A stretch of 64,000 nt of DNA from Alphaproteobacteria bacterium. GTDB taxonomy: Bacteria > Pseudomonadota > Alphaproteobacteria > UBA7887. The position numbers were made by a program, and so were the translations under genes. The notes below the pieces were generated by a model. It did not search any database, was not told where the DNA came from, and was given only the letters and a program-made list of their open reading frames with translations. Positions 38,967 through 48,976 of this stretch are shown one piece after another (position 1 is the stretch's first letter; each line of letters starts with the position of its first letter). The stretch spans positions 608,001 to 672,000 of the forward strand of contig CBDCGL010000011.1 of NCBI GenBank assembly GCA_965216755.1. Reading direction: 5' to 3'.

Positions 38967-39139
38967 AAAACCGGACTATACGACTTGGTCCCGGCAAGGA
39001 GCAAGCGAACAGCCGACGCATCTGCAAGCCCGAGCTAACACGGCACGGTCGTCTCCGTCGATCTGACACGACAGCGCATTTTCTTGATTTTAATGTTGAG
39101 TGCATGGTGTCGTTTATGTATTCATGAATCCATATAGAA

Positions 39140-40018
39140 ATGTTCAAGAGTACAATTTGCACAAAGACTGCAATGAATCTGCAAAATATCTTCAGAACAA
39201 CAATATTTCTAGTTGTATTCACTGCATGCATCCTCGGTTCATGGGCTTTTTATTTTGAGCCGCGGAGCTTGACCAACAGTGCGTCGGACATGGTGATCGA
39301 ACCTTGGCCGGCTGCTTGCGACGGACTAAATGTTGTCGTGTTAGCGGATTTGCATGTCGGTTCACCTTACTTTGGTCTCGACAAACTCGAGACGATCGTT
39401 CGTGAAACAAACAGCAAAGATCCTGATCTGATCCTCCTCGCCGGCGACTATGTCATTCACGGTGTGATCGGTGGAAAATTCGTCACGCCGGAACCGATAG
39501 CCAGACAATTGAGCGTGCTGCGCGCCAAAATCGGCGTGTACGCCGTCCTCGGAAATCACGATTGGTGGTATGATGCCGCGCGGATCACAGCAGCTTTTGC
39601 GCAAAACGGGATTCCCGTTTTGGAAGACGCCTCGGTGCAGATCGGTATTGGAGACTGCGAATTTTGGCTGGTCGGGGTGAGTGATTTTTGGGAGGGGGCC
39701 CACGACGTACAAAAGGCGCTGCGGGGCGTCCCTGAAGGCGCGCCGGTCATCGCGTTTACCCACAATCCCGACGTCTTCGTTGAAATTCCGGATCGCGTAT
39801 CTTTGACTGTTGCGGGCCATACTCACGGCGGTCAGGTCAGCCTGCCCTTGGTCGGACGGCCGGTTGTCCCGTCACGATACGGTCAGCGCTTCGCCGTTGG
39901 GCGAATCAATGAAGGCGGTCGCCAGATGTTCGTCAGTCAAGGGCTAGGAACCAGCATCATTCCCGTGCGTTTCCGCGTGCCGCCGGAGATTTCGGTAATC
40001 ACGCTTCGCGCGAAGTGA
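39140..40018 (+). CDS. Membrane-anchored metallophosphoesterase (YkuE-like)
   Basis: DLH, GDY, GNHD, HNPD, GHTHGGQ motifs; start may be 39173. Confidence 0.92.
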   Translation: MFKSTICTKTAMNLQNIFRTTIFLVVFTACILGSWAFYFEPRSLTNSASDMVIEPWPAACDGLNVVVLADLHVGSPYFGLDKLETIVRETNSKDPDLILLAGDYVIHGVIGGKFVTPEPIARQLSVLRAKIGVYAVLGNHDWWYDAARITAAFAQNGIPVLEDASVQIGIGDCEFWLVGVSDFWEGAHDVQKALRGVPEGAPVIAFTHNPDVFVEIPDRVSLTVAGHTHGGQVSLPLVGRPVVPSRYGQRFAVGRINEGGRQMFVSQGLGTSIIPVRFRVPPEISVITLRAK

Positions 40019-40052
40019 ACCAGCCGCGGGAGATCTGGGCACACCGACCGGT

Positions 40053-40526
40053 TCATTTGATACCGACGGCACAGAGCGCATCCAGCGCACCCTGCAAGAT
40101 GTAGGCTGCGGCCAGTTGATCCACGACTTTGGCACGTTTGCGCCGCGAGAGGTCGGCCTCAAGCATGCCGCGCGTCACGGCCGCCGTCGACAGACGCTCG
40201 TCCCACAACAGGATCGGCAATGCGACATGTTTCGTGAGGTCGGCGGCGAACTGGCGCGTGGCCTGGCAGCGCGGTCCCTCGCTGCCGTTCATGTTGATCG
40301 GTAGGCCCAGCACAATCCCGGCCACGTCTTGCGCCGCGCATGTTTCGGCAAGGACAGCCAAGTCGTGGCGCAATTTGGTCCTCTGCAATGTACGGACGGG
40401 CGTCGCGACCGTGCGTGTCGCGTCCGACAGCGCCATTCCCACGGTCCGCGTTCCGAGATCCAAGCCCAATAGGCGCGTGCCGGCGCACGTCCGCGACGCG
40501 AAATCCGTCACTGTCTCACAAATCAT
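40053..40526 (-). CDS. ruvX: RuvX/YqgF RNase H-fold nuclease
   Basis: LLGLDLGTRTVG, GLP.NMNGSEG, WDERLST, D..AA..ILQ. Confidence 0.94.
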   Translation of the reverse strand: MICETVTDFASRTCAGTRLLGLDLGTRTVGMALSDATRTVATPVRTLQRTKLRHDLAVLAETCAAQDVAGIVLGLPINMNGSEGPRCQATRQFAADLTKHVALPILLWDERLSTAAVTRGMLEADLSRRKRAKVVDQLAAAYILQGALDALCAVGIK

Positions 40527-40648
40527 GGCTTGTGTTCGGTCGTTGGAAATGGCGGATCTCGCCGTTGTTATTGTCTTTGCCAGCTGTGGCGGGCGCGCGC
40601 CGCTGCCGCTATAGTCGAACGTCTCCCGCATACCGGAGTGGATACCCA

Positions 40649-40936
40649 ATGTCACTGGACAAGGCGACGGTTGCACGTATCGCCCGGCTCGCGCGCATCG
40701 AGATTGCCGAGGTCGAACTCGAACCGCTGGCCGAAGAGCTATCAAATATCATCACATGGGTCGAGCAATTGAACGAGATCGACATAGACGGCGTTGAGCC
40801 GATGACCAGCGTCGTCGCCATGGGATTGCGCCGCCGGCCGGACCTGGTCAACGATGGTGGCTACGCTTCTGATGTGTTGGCAAATGCGCCCGAGGCGGCG
40901 GATGGCCATTTCGTCGTGCCGAAGGTCATTGAGTAA
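40649..40936 (+). CDS. gatC: Asp/Glu-tRNA amidotransferase subunit C
   Basis: [17 protein letters not shown]...VEPMTSV...LANAP....HFVVPKVIE. Confidence 0.96.
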   Translation: MSLDKATVARIARLARIEIAEVELEPLAEELSNIITWVEQLNEIDIDGVEPMTSVVAMGLRRRPDLVNDGGYASDVLANAPEAADGHFVVPKVIE

Positions 40937-42432
40937 TGCCGGCGACCGGAGAGGGTGTTGGCCTCACCATCGCGGAAATGCGCGATGGTCTGAGGACGGG
41001 CGAATTCACCGCGGTTGCTTTGGCAGAGGCCCATATCGAAGCGACAGAGCAGGCCCGATCGTTAAACGGTTATATCACCGAGACACCGGAACAAGCTCTG
41101 GCCGAAGCGCGCGCATCCGACGCACGTCGGGCCAACGGGGATATCGGCGTCATGGACGGCATCCCTATCGCCATGAAGGACTTGTTCTGTTCGAACGGCG
41201 TGTTGACGACAGCTGGGTCACATATTTTGGACGGCTTCGTTCCGCGATATGAATCGACAGTTTCGGCGAATGTGCGCCGGGCCGGGGCGGTCTCACTCGG
41301 CAAGACCAATCTCGACGAGTTCGCCATGGGATCGGCCAACATCACCAGTTATTACGGTCCGGTCGAGAACCCTTGGCGAGGCAGCGGCGACAACCGGCCC
41401 TTGGTGCCTGGCGGGAGTTCGGGCGGCTCGGCCGCTTTGGTCGCGGCGCGTGCGGTGCCGGCCGCGACCGGCACGGATACCGGCGGCTCGATCCGCCAAC
41501 CCGCGTCGTTCTGTGGCGTGATCGGCTTGAAACCGACTTATGGTCGTTGTTCCCGGTGGGGCATTGTCGCCTTTGCGAGCTCTCTCGACCAGGCCGGGCC
41601 GATCACCCGAACCGTGCGCGATGCGGCGATCATGCTCGGTGCAATGGCCGGCTTCGACCCGAAGGACTCAACGTCGGTCGAAACGCCGGTTCCTGACTAC
41701 GAAGCGGGCCTCACCGGCGACATTCGCGGATTGCGCATCGGCATTCCGGCTGAGTATCGCGTCGATGGTATGAGCACCGAGATCGAGAATCTATGGCAGC
41801 GCGGCGCCACATGGTTGCGGGACGCAGGGGCGGAGCTGGTCGACATCTCGTTGCCGCACACAAAGTACGCCTTGCCTGCCTACTACATCATCGCCCCGGC
41901 CGAAGCGTCATCGAACTTGGCGCGTTACGACGGGGTCAAATACGGTCTGCGTGTGGACGACTCTGATTTGGTCCATCAGTACGAAAAAACCCGGGGTGTA
42001 GGATTCGGGGCCGAAGTACGGCGACGCGTAATGATCGGCACGTACGTCTTGTCGGCCGGGTATTACGATGCCTATTACCTGCGCGCGCAGCGAGTGCGCA
42101 CGTTGATTGCCCACGATTTTACCAATGCGTTCGGTTCCGTCGATCTTGTCTTGACGCCAACCACGCCATCAGCTGCCTTTCCGATTGGGGAACGGATGGG
42201 CGATCCCGTGGCCATGTATCTCAATGACGTTCTGACAGTTCCGGCAAGCCTGGCCGGATTGCCGGCAATCACTGTGCCGTCGGGCTTGTCCAGCGATGGT
42301 TTGCCGCTTGGCTTGCAGTTGATTGGGCGCGCCTTCGATGAGCCAACGCTGTTGCGCGCGGCCGAAGTTGTCGAGGCAGCCGCGGCCTTCTCCGCCGTGC
42401 CGGCCTTTACGGTGGAAGGGGGTGTATCGTGA
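40936..42432 (+). CDS. gatA: Asp/Glu-tRNA amidotransferase subunit A
   Basis: Amidase signature [29 protein letters not shown]. Confidence 0.97.
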   Translation: MPATGEGVGLTIAEMRDGLRTGEFTAVALAEAHIEATEQARSLNGYITETPEQALAEARASDARRANGDIGVMDGIPIAMKDLFCSNGVLTTAGSHILDGFVPRYESTVSANVRRAGAVSLGKTNLDEFAMGSANITSYYGPVENPWRGSGDNRPLVPGGSSGGSAALVAARAVPAATGTDTGGSIRQPASFCGVIGLKPTYGRCSRWGIVAFASSLDQAGPITRTVRDAAIMLGAMAGFDPKDSTSVETPVPDYEAGLTGDIRGLRIGIPAEYRVDGMSTEIENLWQRGATWLRDAGAELVDISLPHTKYALPAYYIIAPAEASSNLARYDGVKYGLRVDDSDLVHQYEKTRGVGFGAEVRRRVMIGTYVLSAGYYDAYYLRAQRVRTLIAHDFTNAFGSVDLVLTPTTPSAAFPIGERMGDPVAMYLNDVLTVPASLAGLPAITVPSGLSSDGLPLGLQLIGRAFDEPTLLRAAEVVEAAAAFSAVPAFTVEGGVS

Positions 42433-43892
42433 GCGAAAGCCCGTTGCTGCAGGGGCGCACCGGCGACTGGGAGACGGTGATCGGCCTCGAGGTCCACGCC
42501 CAGGTCGTTTCCGACAGTAAGCTGTTTTCCGGCGCGGCCACGGCGTTCGGTGCCGCGCCCAACAGTCAGGTATCGTTGGTCGACGCGGCGATGCCGGGCA
42601 TGTTGCCGGTGATCAACGAAGTATGTGTCGCGCAAGCTGTGCGCACAGGACTTGCGCTCAATGCCGAGATCCACCAGGTCTCCGTTTTTGACCGGAAGAA
42701 CTATTTCTATCCCGACCTGCCACAGGGATACCAAATCTCTCAATATTCCCGGCCAATTGTTGGCCATGGAACAATCGACCTCGATTTGGAAGACGGCACG
42801 ACACGTCAGGTTGGGATCACGCGATTGCACCTTGAACAGGATGCCGGCAAGAGTATGCACGATCAGCATCCGACCAAAAGCTATGTCGACCTCAACCGCT
42901 CGGGCGTCGCGCTCATGGAGATCGTTTCGGAGCCGGATCTGCGCAGCGCCGATGAAGCCGCGGCGTATCTGCGCAAACTGCGGTCCATTTTGCGTTATAT
43001 CGGCACTTGCGACGGCAATATGGAACAAGGCTCCATGCGCTGCGATGTCAATGTTTCCGTACGCAAGCTGGGCCAAGCCTACGGAACCCGATGCGAAATC
43101 AAGAACGTCAATTCCGTGCGCTTTGTCCAGCGGGCGATCGACTATGAAGCCGCGCGACAGGTCGAGGTTATCGAAGACGGCGGCGAGATTCAGCAAGAGA
43201 CGCGCTTGTACGACGCCAACCGCAACGAAACACGCTCTATGCGCTCGAAAGAGGAGGCGCATGATTACCGCTACTTCCCCGATCCCGATTTGTTGCCGTT
43301 GGAACTCGATAGTGACTGGATCGAGATGTTGAAGAGCGGCCTCCCGGAATTGCCGGATGCAAAGAAAGCGCGGTTTCTGGCCGACTATGGGCTCAAGGGA
43401 TACGATGCGGGCGTCTTGGTCGCGGAACCCGAAACCGCCTCTTATTTTGAATTGGTCGCGGATGGCCGCGACCCCAAGATCGCGGCCAACTGGGTGACGA
43501 GTGATCTCTTCGGTGCCTTGAACAAAGCCGATTTGGCGATCGAAAACTCGCCGATTTCGGCCACGCAACTTGGCGGTCTCATCGACCTGATTTCGGACGG
43601 CACAATCTCTGGCCGTATTGCCAAGGATGTGTTTGCCGAAATGTTTCGTACTGGGCGCGATGCCGTCGACATTGTCGAAGATAAGGGCTTGAAGCAAGTC
43701 ACGGATACAAGCGCCATCGAAAGTCATGTTGATTCAGTTATCGCGGCCAACCCGAACCAAGTCGCGGAGTTCAAGGCGGGCAAGGACAAGCTGATGGGAT
43801 TTTTTGTCGGACAGGTCATGAAGGCCAGCCAAGGCAAGGCGAATCCCAAACTGGTCAACGAATTGCTGAACAAGAAGTTGCGCGGCGATTGA
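42429..43892 (+). CDS. gatB: Asp/Glu-tRNA amidotransferase subunit B
   Basis: [34 protein letters not shown]. Confidence 0.98.
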   Translation: MSESPLLQGRTGDWETVIGLEVHAQVVSDSKLFSGAATAFGAAPNSQVSLVDAAMPGMLPVINEVCVAQAVRTGLALNAEIHQVSVFDRKNYFYPDLPQGYQISQYSRPIVGHGTIDLDLEDGTTRQVGITRLHLEQDAGKSMHDQHPTKSYVDLNRSGVALMEIVSEPDLRSADEAAAYLRKLRSILRYIGTCDGNMEQGSMRCDVNVSVRKLGQAYGTRCEIKNVNSVRFVQRAIDYEAARQVEVIEDGGEIQQETRLYDANRNETRSMRSKEEAHDYRYFPDPDLLPLELDSDWIEMLKSGLPELPDAKKARFLADYGLKGYDAGVLVAEPETASYFELVADGRDPKIAANWVTSDLFGALNKADLAIENSPISATQLGGLIDLISDGTISGRIAKDVFAEMFRTGRDAVDIVEDKGLKQVTDTSAIESHVDSVIAANPNQVAEFKAGKDKLMGFFVGQVMKASQGKANPKLVNELLNKKLRGD

Positions 43893-43965
43893 TTGGGCTC
43901 TGGCCTGGCCAAGCTGGAAGCACGCGCGTAGGCTTCAAGAAAGGCCGTATTGACGGGAGGCAAGC

Positions 43966-45063
43966 ATGGCGAAGCACGTAAGACGACGGGCAATTCTGCG
44001 TGGTGGTGTCGGGGGCGCCGGTGCTATCGCCGCCATGGCGGCCACCGGGTCGGCACCGGCCATTGCACAAGGGCGGGTTCAATGGAAGATGGTCACCGCC
44101 TGGCCCAAGGGGTTTCCGGGCCTGGGAACCGGATCGGAGCGCATCGCCGAATCGGTCACGGCGATGTCGGAAGGGCAATTTACGATCAAGGTCTATGGCG
44201 CCGGCGAGCTGGTTCCTGCCTTCGAAGTCTTCGACGCGGTCCGCGATGGCACCGCCGAATGTGCGCATGATGCGCCCTATTATTGGATCGCCAAGCATCC
44301 GGCGACGCCGTTTTTCTGCAGCGTACCGGGTGGTCTCACCGCGCAGGAACACATGGCATGGATCTACTTTGGCGGCGGGCAAGCCCTGTGGGACGAACTC
44401 TATAGTTGGTTTGGGCTGAAAGGCTTTCTGGCGGGGTCTGGCGGTCCAAATGTCGGTGGCTGGTTCCGCAAGGAAATTCGATCGGTGGATGACCTGAAGG
44501 GCCTGCGCATGCGCATTCCTGGGCTCGGTGGCGAAATGCTCAATCGGCTTGGCGGCGTTGCGGTCAATTTACCCGGTGGCGAGATTCTCACCTCACTTCA
44601 GTCCGGGACCATTGATGCCGCCGAATGGATTGCGCCCTATAACGACTTGGCCTTTGGGTTCCACAAAGTGGCTGACTATTGTTACGCGCCGGGCGTGCAT
44701 GAGCCGGGGCCAGGCGTCGCGGTCACTGTCAACAAAGAGGCCTATGAAGCTCTGCCGAGCCAATTTCAAGAAATGATTCGGCGCGCCACGGGCGATGAAG
44801 CCGGGCGCATGCTCGCCGAGATGACGGCCGGCAATGGGCGCGCCTTGAAAGCGTTAATTGAGTCACACGGAGTGCAGTTGCGGCGCTTTCCCGACGATGT
44901 CGCCCAAGCCATGCTGAGTGTCTCGGCCGACATTCGCTCGGAAGTCGCGCAAGCTGACGAAATCAGCAAACGCATTTACGAGAGCTGGTCCGCATTTCGA
45001 GATGAGATGCGTGCCCTGGCACCGCTGACCGAGCTTGGTTACTTGACCTACAGATCGGGCTGA
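43966..45063 (+). CDS. TRAP transporter substrate-binding protein (DctP/TakP type, Tat signal)
   Basis: RRRAIL twin-arginine leader, APAIAQ, GGWFRKEI, MRIPGLGGE, IDAAEW. Confidence 0.92.
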   Translation: MAKHVRRRAILRGGVGGAGAIAAMAATGSAPAIAQGRVQWKMVTAWPKGFPGLGTGSERIAESVTAMSEGQFTIKVYGAGELVPAFEVFDAVRDGTAECAHDAPYYWIAKHPATPFFCSVPGGLTAQEHMAWIYFGGGQALWDELYSWFGLKGFLAGSGGPNVGGWFRKEIRSVDDLKGLRMRIPGLGGEMLNRLGGVAVNLPGGEILTSLQSGTIDAAEWIAPYNDLAFGFHKVADYCYAPGVHEPGPGVAVTVNKEAYEALPSQFQEMIRRATGDEAGRMLAEMTAGNGRALKALIESHGVQLRRFPDDVAQAMLSVSADIRSEVAQADEISKRIYESWSAFRDEMRALAPLTELGYLTYRSG

Positions 45064-45109
45064 CGGTCCGTGTAGCAATGTCGTTGGCCCGGTCCACGCG
45101 GGCGCCAAA

Positions 45110-45685
45110 TCAGCGGCTGAGTTCGCGATGGCGAAAGCATTCGGCCAGGTGATCGTTGACCATGCCGATCGATTGCATGAACGCGTACATGATGGTTGAG
45201 CCGACAAAACGGAATCCGCGTGATTTCAGATCCTTAGACAGGCGGTCGGAAAGCGGTGTCGTTGCCGGCACTTGCGACATGTCTTTCCAGTTGTTTTGGA
45301 TCGGCGTGCCTTCGACGAATTGCCAGAAATAGGGGGCGAGTCCGCCGCGTTCCTCGCGTAGCGTCAACGTCGCTTGGGCGTTCGTCACGGCGGCGCGCAC
45401 TTTCAACCGGTTCCGTATAATACCCGTATCGGTCAGCAAGGCAGCGATTTTGGCTTCATCATAACGCGCTATTCGTTCCGCATCGAAGTTATCGAAGGCG
45501 CGTCGGTAGCCGTCGCGGCGCTTGAGGATTGTCAACCAGCTCAGACCGGCTTGCGCGCCTTCCAATATCAACATTTCAAACAGGCGCGTTTCATTGTGAA
45601 GCGGCACACCCCATTCGGTGTCGTGATAGGCGATATAGGCAGCGTCGGATCCCGGCCACGGGCAGCGCTGTTGGACCACTGACAT
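45110..45685 (-). CDS. tag: DNA-3-methyladenine glycosylase I
   Basis: RCPW, YHDTEWG, LEGAQAGLSW.TIL, IIRNRLK, GMVNDH..C. Confidence 0.96.
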   Translation of the reverse strand: MSVVQQRCPWPGSDAAYIAYHDTEWGVPLHNETRLFEMLILEGAQAGLSWLTILKRRDGYRRAFDNFDAERIARYDEAKIAALLTDTGIIRNRLKVRAAVTNAQATLTLREERGGLAPYFWQFVEGTPIQNNWKDMSQVPATTPLSDRLSKDLKSRGFRFVGSTIMYAFMQSIGMVNDHLAECFRHRELSR

Positions 45686-45696
45686 TCCATTCGGGC

Positions 45697-46599
45697 CTAG
45701 AAATTTGCCCAATCGGGTTTGACGGGTCGCAAAATGGCATCGCCCGCGCGAAACTCGCCGTCACTTTTGGCTGGTTGCGCGAGATGTTCCAGGCGGATCT
45801 GCGCCAAACCGATATTTTTCCGCCCTGAGCGCATAGCGCCGGCGTCGCGGCCATTTACGGTAATGGGCGTGCCGGGCGCTGGCAGCGGCCCTTCGACATC
45901 AACGCGCATCAAACGCCGGCGCACGGTTCCACGTCGTTTTTGTCGGGTCGTATTCTCTTGTCCGACGTAGCACCCTTTGGTGAAATCAATGCCGTTGAGC
46001 TCTTCGAAGTTGCTCTCCAGAAGGAATGACTTGTCCACCAAGATATCGCGGCTGCCGTCGGGCACGCCATGGCTGAGCCGTAGGTCGTCATAGGCACCAA
46101 AACCAGCGCGCCGAAACCCGTCTGCGGCCATCGGCGCAAACTCGACGTCTGCAGGTAACACGATACGCGCACCCAAGTCAGGCAAGCGCGGATCGACATA
46201 TGCGATTCCACTGTGATAGGCGCGCGCGGCACCTTCCTGGAGCGGCAGACCCAAGCGTTCGGTGGCTGACGCGCCAAATGCGACAGCGATCGCCCACTGC
46301 GCGGACTCATCTGAAATGGAGACGTCGGCACGGAGGCGAAACATACTGAGCCGCTTGATCAGATCGGTCGCGCGTGCCCGCTCGCAGTCGATCATGATGA
46401 CGTCGTTAATCTCGAAAATAAAAAAGTCGTGAAGGTACTTGCCCTGGGCCGAGAGCAAGGCCGCATAAACGGTCCGCGCCGGGCCGACCGACTCGACATC
46501 ATTGGTCACCAGTCCCTGCAAGAACGCACGCGAATCGCTGCCGTCGACAACAACAACGGTTCGGTCGGGCAGGGGGGCGTAGCAGTTTTCTGTCATCAC
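45697..46599 (-). CDS. ygfZ: Folate-binding Fe-S maturation protein YgfZ
   Basis: FLQGLVTND, KGCYVGQE. Confidence 0.95.
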   Translation of the reverse strand: MMTENCYAPLPDRTVVVVDGSDSRAFLQGLVTNDVESVGPARTVYAALLSAQGKYLHDFFIFEINDVIMIDCERARATDLIKRLSMFRLRADVSISDESAQWAIAVAFGASATERLGLPLQEGAARAYHSGIAYVDPRLPDLGARIVLPADVEFAPMAADGFRRAGFGAYDDLRLSHGVPDGSRDILVDKSFLLESNFEELNGIDFTKGCYVGQENTTRQKRRGTVRRRLMRVDVEGPLPAPGTPITVNGRDAGAMRSGRKNIGLAQIRLEHLAQPAKSDGEFRAGDAILRPVKPDWANF

Positions 46600-46703
46600 G
46601 CACCCATCTCACATCGCATCGTCTCAGACTTAAGATGATCTGTCGCCACGCGCAAGGGCGTACACTTTGCAGACCGCGTCCCCAGTGCGTATAAAGCGCG
46701 CCC

Positions 46704-47735
46704 ATGCTTGTGACATTCCTTGACGATACAGTGCCGTTCGACGGCCACAGCTCGAACAGCCGGCCCCTTGGCGGTCCGCAAAAAGCCATTGCTGCGCTGG
46801 CCGCGGCTATGGCCAAGCGCGGCCACGTTGTCCGTGTCTACAACAATTGCGAATTTCCCGTCGTCGTCGACGACGTGAGTTGGCGCAACATAGACGAGTG
46901 CGATGCGGTTCGGACCGATTGGCTGATCGCACACCGCAATCCGAAGCTACTCGGCCTGGTCCCAGACGCTGAACGCCGGGCGCTATGGTTGTCCGCGCCG
47001 GCGCGGGGGTTGGACAATGGCGAGTCGTATTCGATCGTCAATCAGCACAAGCCTGTCATAGTCTTGCAGGGGCTCTTCCATAGCTCGACGGTTCCGCCAA
47101 TCTATAACAGTCAGCGGACGGCGCTGATCATTGGCGGTGTTGGCGATCTGTACCGCGAGGCGGCCGCAATGACACCCGCCACACCGCCAAAGGCCGTGGT
47201 GACCGTCCATCCACGTGCCGGGCTGGGCTGGTTGCTGAACCTATGGATCGAGCATGTGTTTCCGCGCGTGCCGTGGGCGGAATTGCACGTTTTTTCTGCG
47301 ATCCTTGATCGCGGCCAGCTTGGCGCGGCGGTGCCCGACGATATCCGCCCAATATTGGAACGTGCGACAAATGCGGCAAACCAGGGCGTGCGGATCATGC
47401 GACCCTTGTCCGACCCCGATATGGTGGAAGCCTATCGCACGGCGCGGGCGCACCTCTATCCGGGATCCGAAAATGACGTCACTTGTAGTACTTTGGCGGA
47501 AAGCCAGGCAGTCGGGTTGCCGGCGGTGGTGCGCGCGCTTGGGGCGGCCAGCGAGCGGATCAGGAATGGCCAGACGGGCTATGTGGCGCCGGATGACGAA
47601 GCGTTCGCCAACCTTGCGGTGCGGCTGCTAGACGACGGAGACACGTTCCGCAAGCTCAGCGACGCTGCGCGCGACAGCCAGCGCGGCCGTTCTTGGGACA
47701 AAGTTACTGAGGAATTTGAACGCGCTTTCGTATAA
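46704..47735 (+). CDS. GT4-like glycosyltransferase
   Basis: PLGG...A...LA..GH.V, HPRAGL.WL, LYPG......LAESQAVGLP, ERI.NG.TG. Confidence 0.85.
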   Translation: MLVTFLDDTVPFDGHSSNSRPLGGPQKAIAALAAAMAKRGHVVRVYNNCEFPVVVDDVSWRNIDECDAVRTDWLIAHRNPKLLGLVPDAERRALWLSAPARGLDNGESYSIVNQHKPVIVLQGLFHSSTVPPIYNSQRTALIIGGVGDLYREAAAMTPATPPKAVVTVHPRAGLGWLLNLWIEHVFPRVPWAELHVFSAILDRGQLGAAVPDDIRPILERATNAANQGVRIMRPLSDPDMVEAYRTARAHLYPGSENDVTCSTLAESQAVGLPAVVRALGAASERIRNGQTGYVAPDDEAFANLAVRLLDDGDTFRKLSDAARDSQRGRSWDKVTEEFERAFV

Positions 47736-47990
47736 GCGCCGCGTCGCTCCTTGCTCTTGTCGCGCGGAGTTCCTAGAGCTTCCTCGGGCGGTCGACGGCA
47801 CTGCCGCGAACAGTGCCTGCACTTCGCGCATCGGCTGCCCGGTCAGATCCCGAGCGCTGGGTTTTTTGGTGCGTGGCTCGCGGCTGTCTTGGTGCCTGTG
47901 TCGGCTGATTCGTCATGACGGTTCTAAGAGCTTCGGCGACGGCGATCGGAGTGAGTGCGCGCCACAAGAACATGCGGGCTCCGAGGCGTC

Positions 47991-48203
47991 CTACGCCGCC
48001 TTTTGGCCGGAACCGGCTGCGGCCGGTTCGGGCGTAGGGTAATGGTGTGTTTCGTCGATCAGGGCCTGCGCGGTGGGCAGACATTTGCCGCATCTTGGTC
48101 CGCTACCAAGCCGATCGTAGGCGCTATGGGCGCAACGCGCGCCTGCCTGGGCCGCTGATCGAATTTCAGATTCTCGATATCCGTTACAAAGACAAACGAA
48201 CAC
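47991..48203 (-). CDS. bfd: Bacterioferritin-associated [2Fe-2S] ferredoxin
   Basis: MFVCLCNG...CGKC Cys pattern; GAGGGAGG RBS, GTG start. Confidence 0.92.
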   Translation of the reverse strand: MFVCLCNGYRESEIRSAAQAGARCAHSAYDRLGSGPRCGKCLPTAQALIDETHHYPTPEPAAAGSGQKAA

Positions 48204-48226
48204 TCAAACCTCCCTCAAGCCCCAAT

Positions 48227-48254
48227 AGGATAACTTGATGAGAATGAGTGTCAA
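48227..48254 (-). promoter_or_regulatory. bfd promoter with overlapping Fur-like box
   Basis: Minus strand TTGACA-N16-TATCCT; 7-1-7 palindrome TGAGAAT-G-AGTGTCA at 48239-48253. Confidence 0.7.
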
Positions 48255-48278
48255 TACCAATCATGTCGCAATCTGGCG

Positions 48279-48923
48279 TTACGGCTCTCTTGCCGATGAG
48301 TCCTCCGTTTCCGCCGGCTCTTGACCACCAAACAGCCTGAATATGAAACCGAAGACCTTCTTTATGCCTCGCCAGATTCTGGGCAATAGCCAGATCAGCA
48401 ACAGAACAAACACGACAAATGCGCCAAGGAACCACCAAGGATGCTGCAAAGCCGCCCATACACCGCCGATAACGGCCAGGTCCTCCGTGATCGAAGCGGT
48501 CCAGTTTGTGATGGGCTCGGGAGAGGTGTTGATGAGCACGCGACCGCCAGCCTTGGTCGCATGGGCGGCAGTGACAACGCCGCCGCCGACAAGTGCCGAG
48601 GCCAGCTCGATGGCCGGCCCCATACCCTCTGCGGCGCCATAAGCCATCATGATACCGGCCGGCAGGCGGACAAACGTGTGGATTCCATCCCATGCCGTGT
48701 CAATGCCTGGAATTTTGTCGGCGATGAACTCAACCACGAACATCAAGAATGCGGCGCCCATCACGAGCGGGTGGGCCAGGATTTCCAGGCCCGGTGGCAA
48801 CACAACCATGCCCGTCACATGCATGTAGCCCATGGTAAGCATGGCGGCATATAGGTTGATACCGCTGGCCCAGGCACTGCCAAGGACCACAGCGATTTGT
48901 TGGGCGATGGCGTCCAAATCCAT
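48279..48923 (-). CDS. DUF4126-family membrane protein
   Basis: WASGINLYA, EFIADKIPG.D..WD..HTFVR, NTSPEP..NW..S..ED. Confidence 0.92.
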   Translation of the reverse strand: MDLDAIAQQIAVVLGSAWASGINLYAAMLTMGYMHVTGMVVLPPGLEILAHPLVMGAAFLMFVVEFIADKIPGIDTAWDGIHTFVRLPAGIMMAYGAAEGMGPAIELASALVGGGVVTAAHATKAGGRVLINTSPEPITNWTASITEDLAVIGGVWAALQHPWWFLGAFVVFVLLLIWLLPRIWRGIKKVFGFIFRLFGGQEPAETEDSSAREP

Positions 48924-48976
48924 TGGCGCAAACCCCGTTCAATGCGTGACGTGGGGCAACATACGTGACCGCATAT

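Noticed and set aside
42075-43727. 550-aa antisense ORF, and similar long shadow ORFs (4574-5521, 18401-19435, 52846-53892, 464-1258)
   Set aside because: They lie opposite well-supported genes, have no recognisable motifs, and are expected from codon bias in GC-rich DNA
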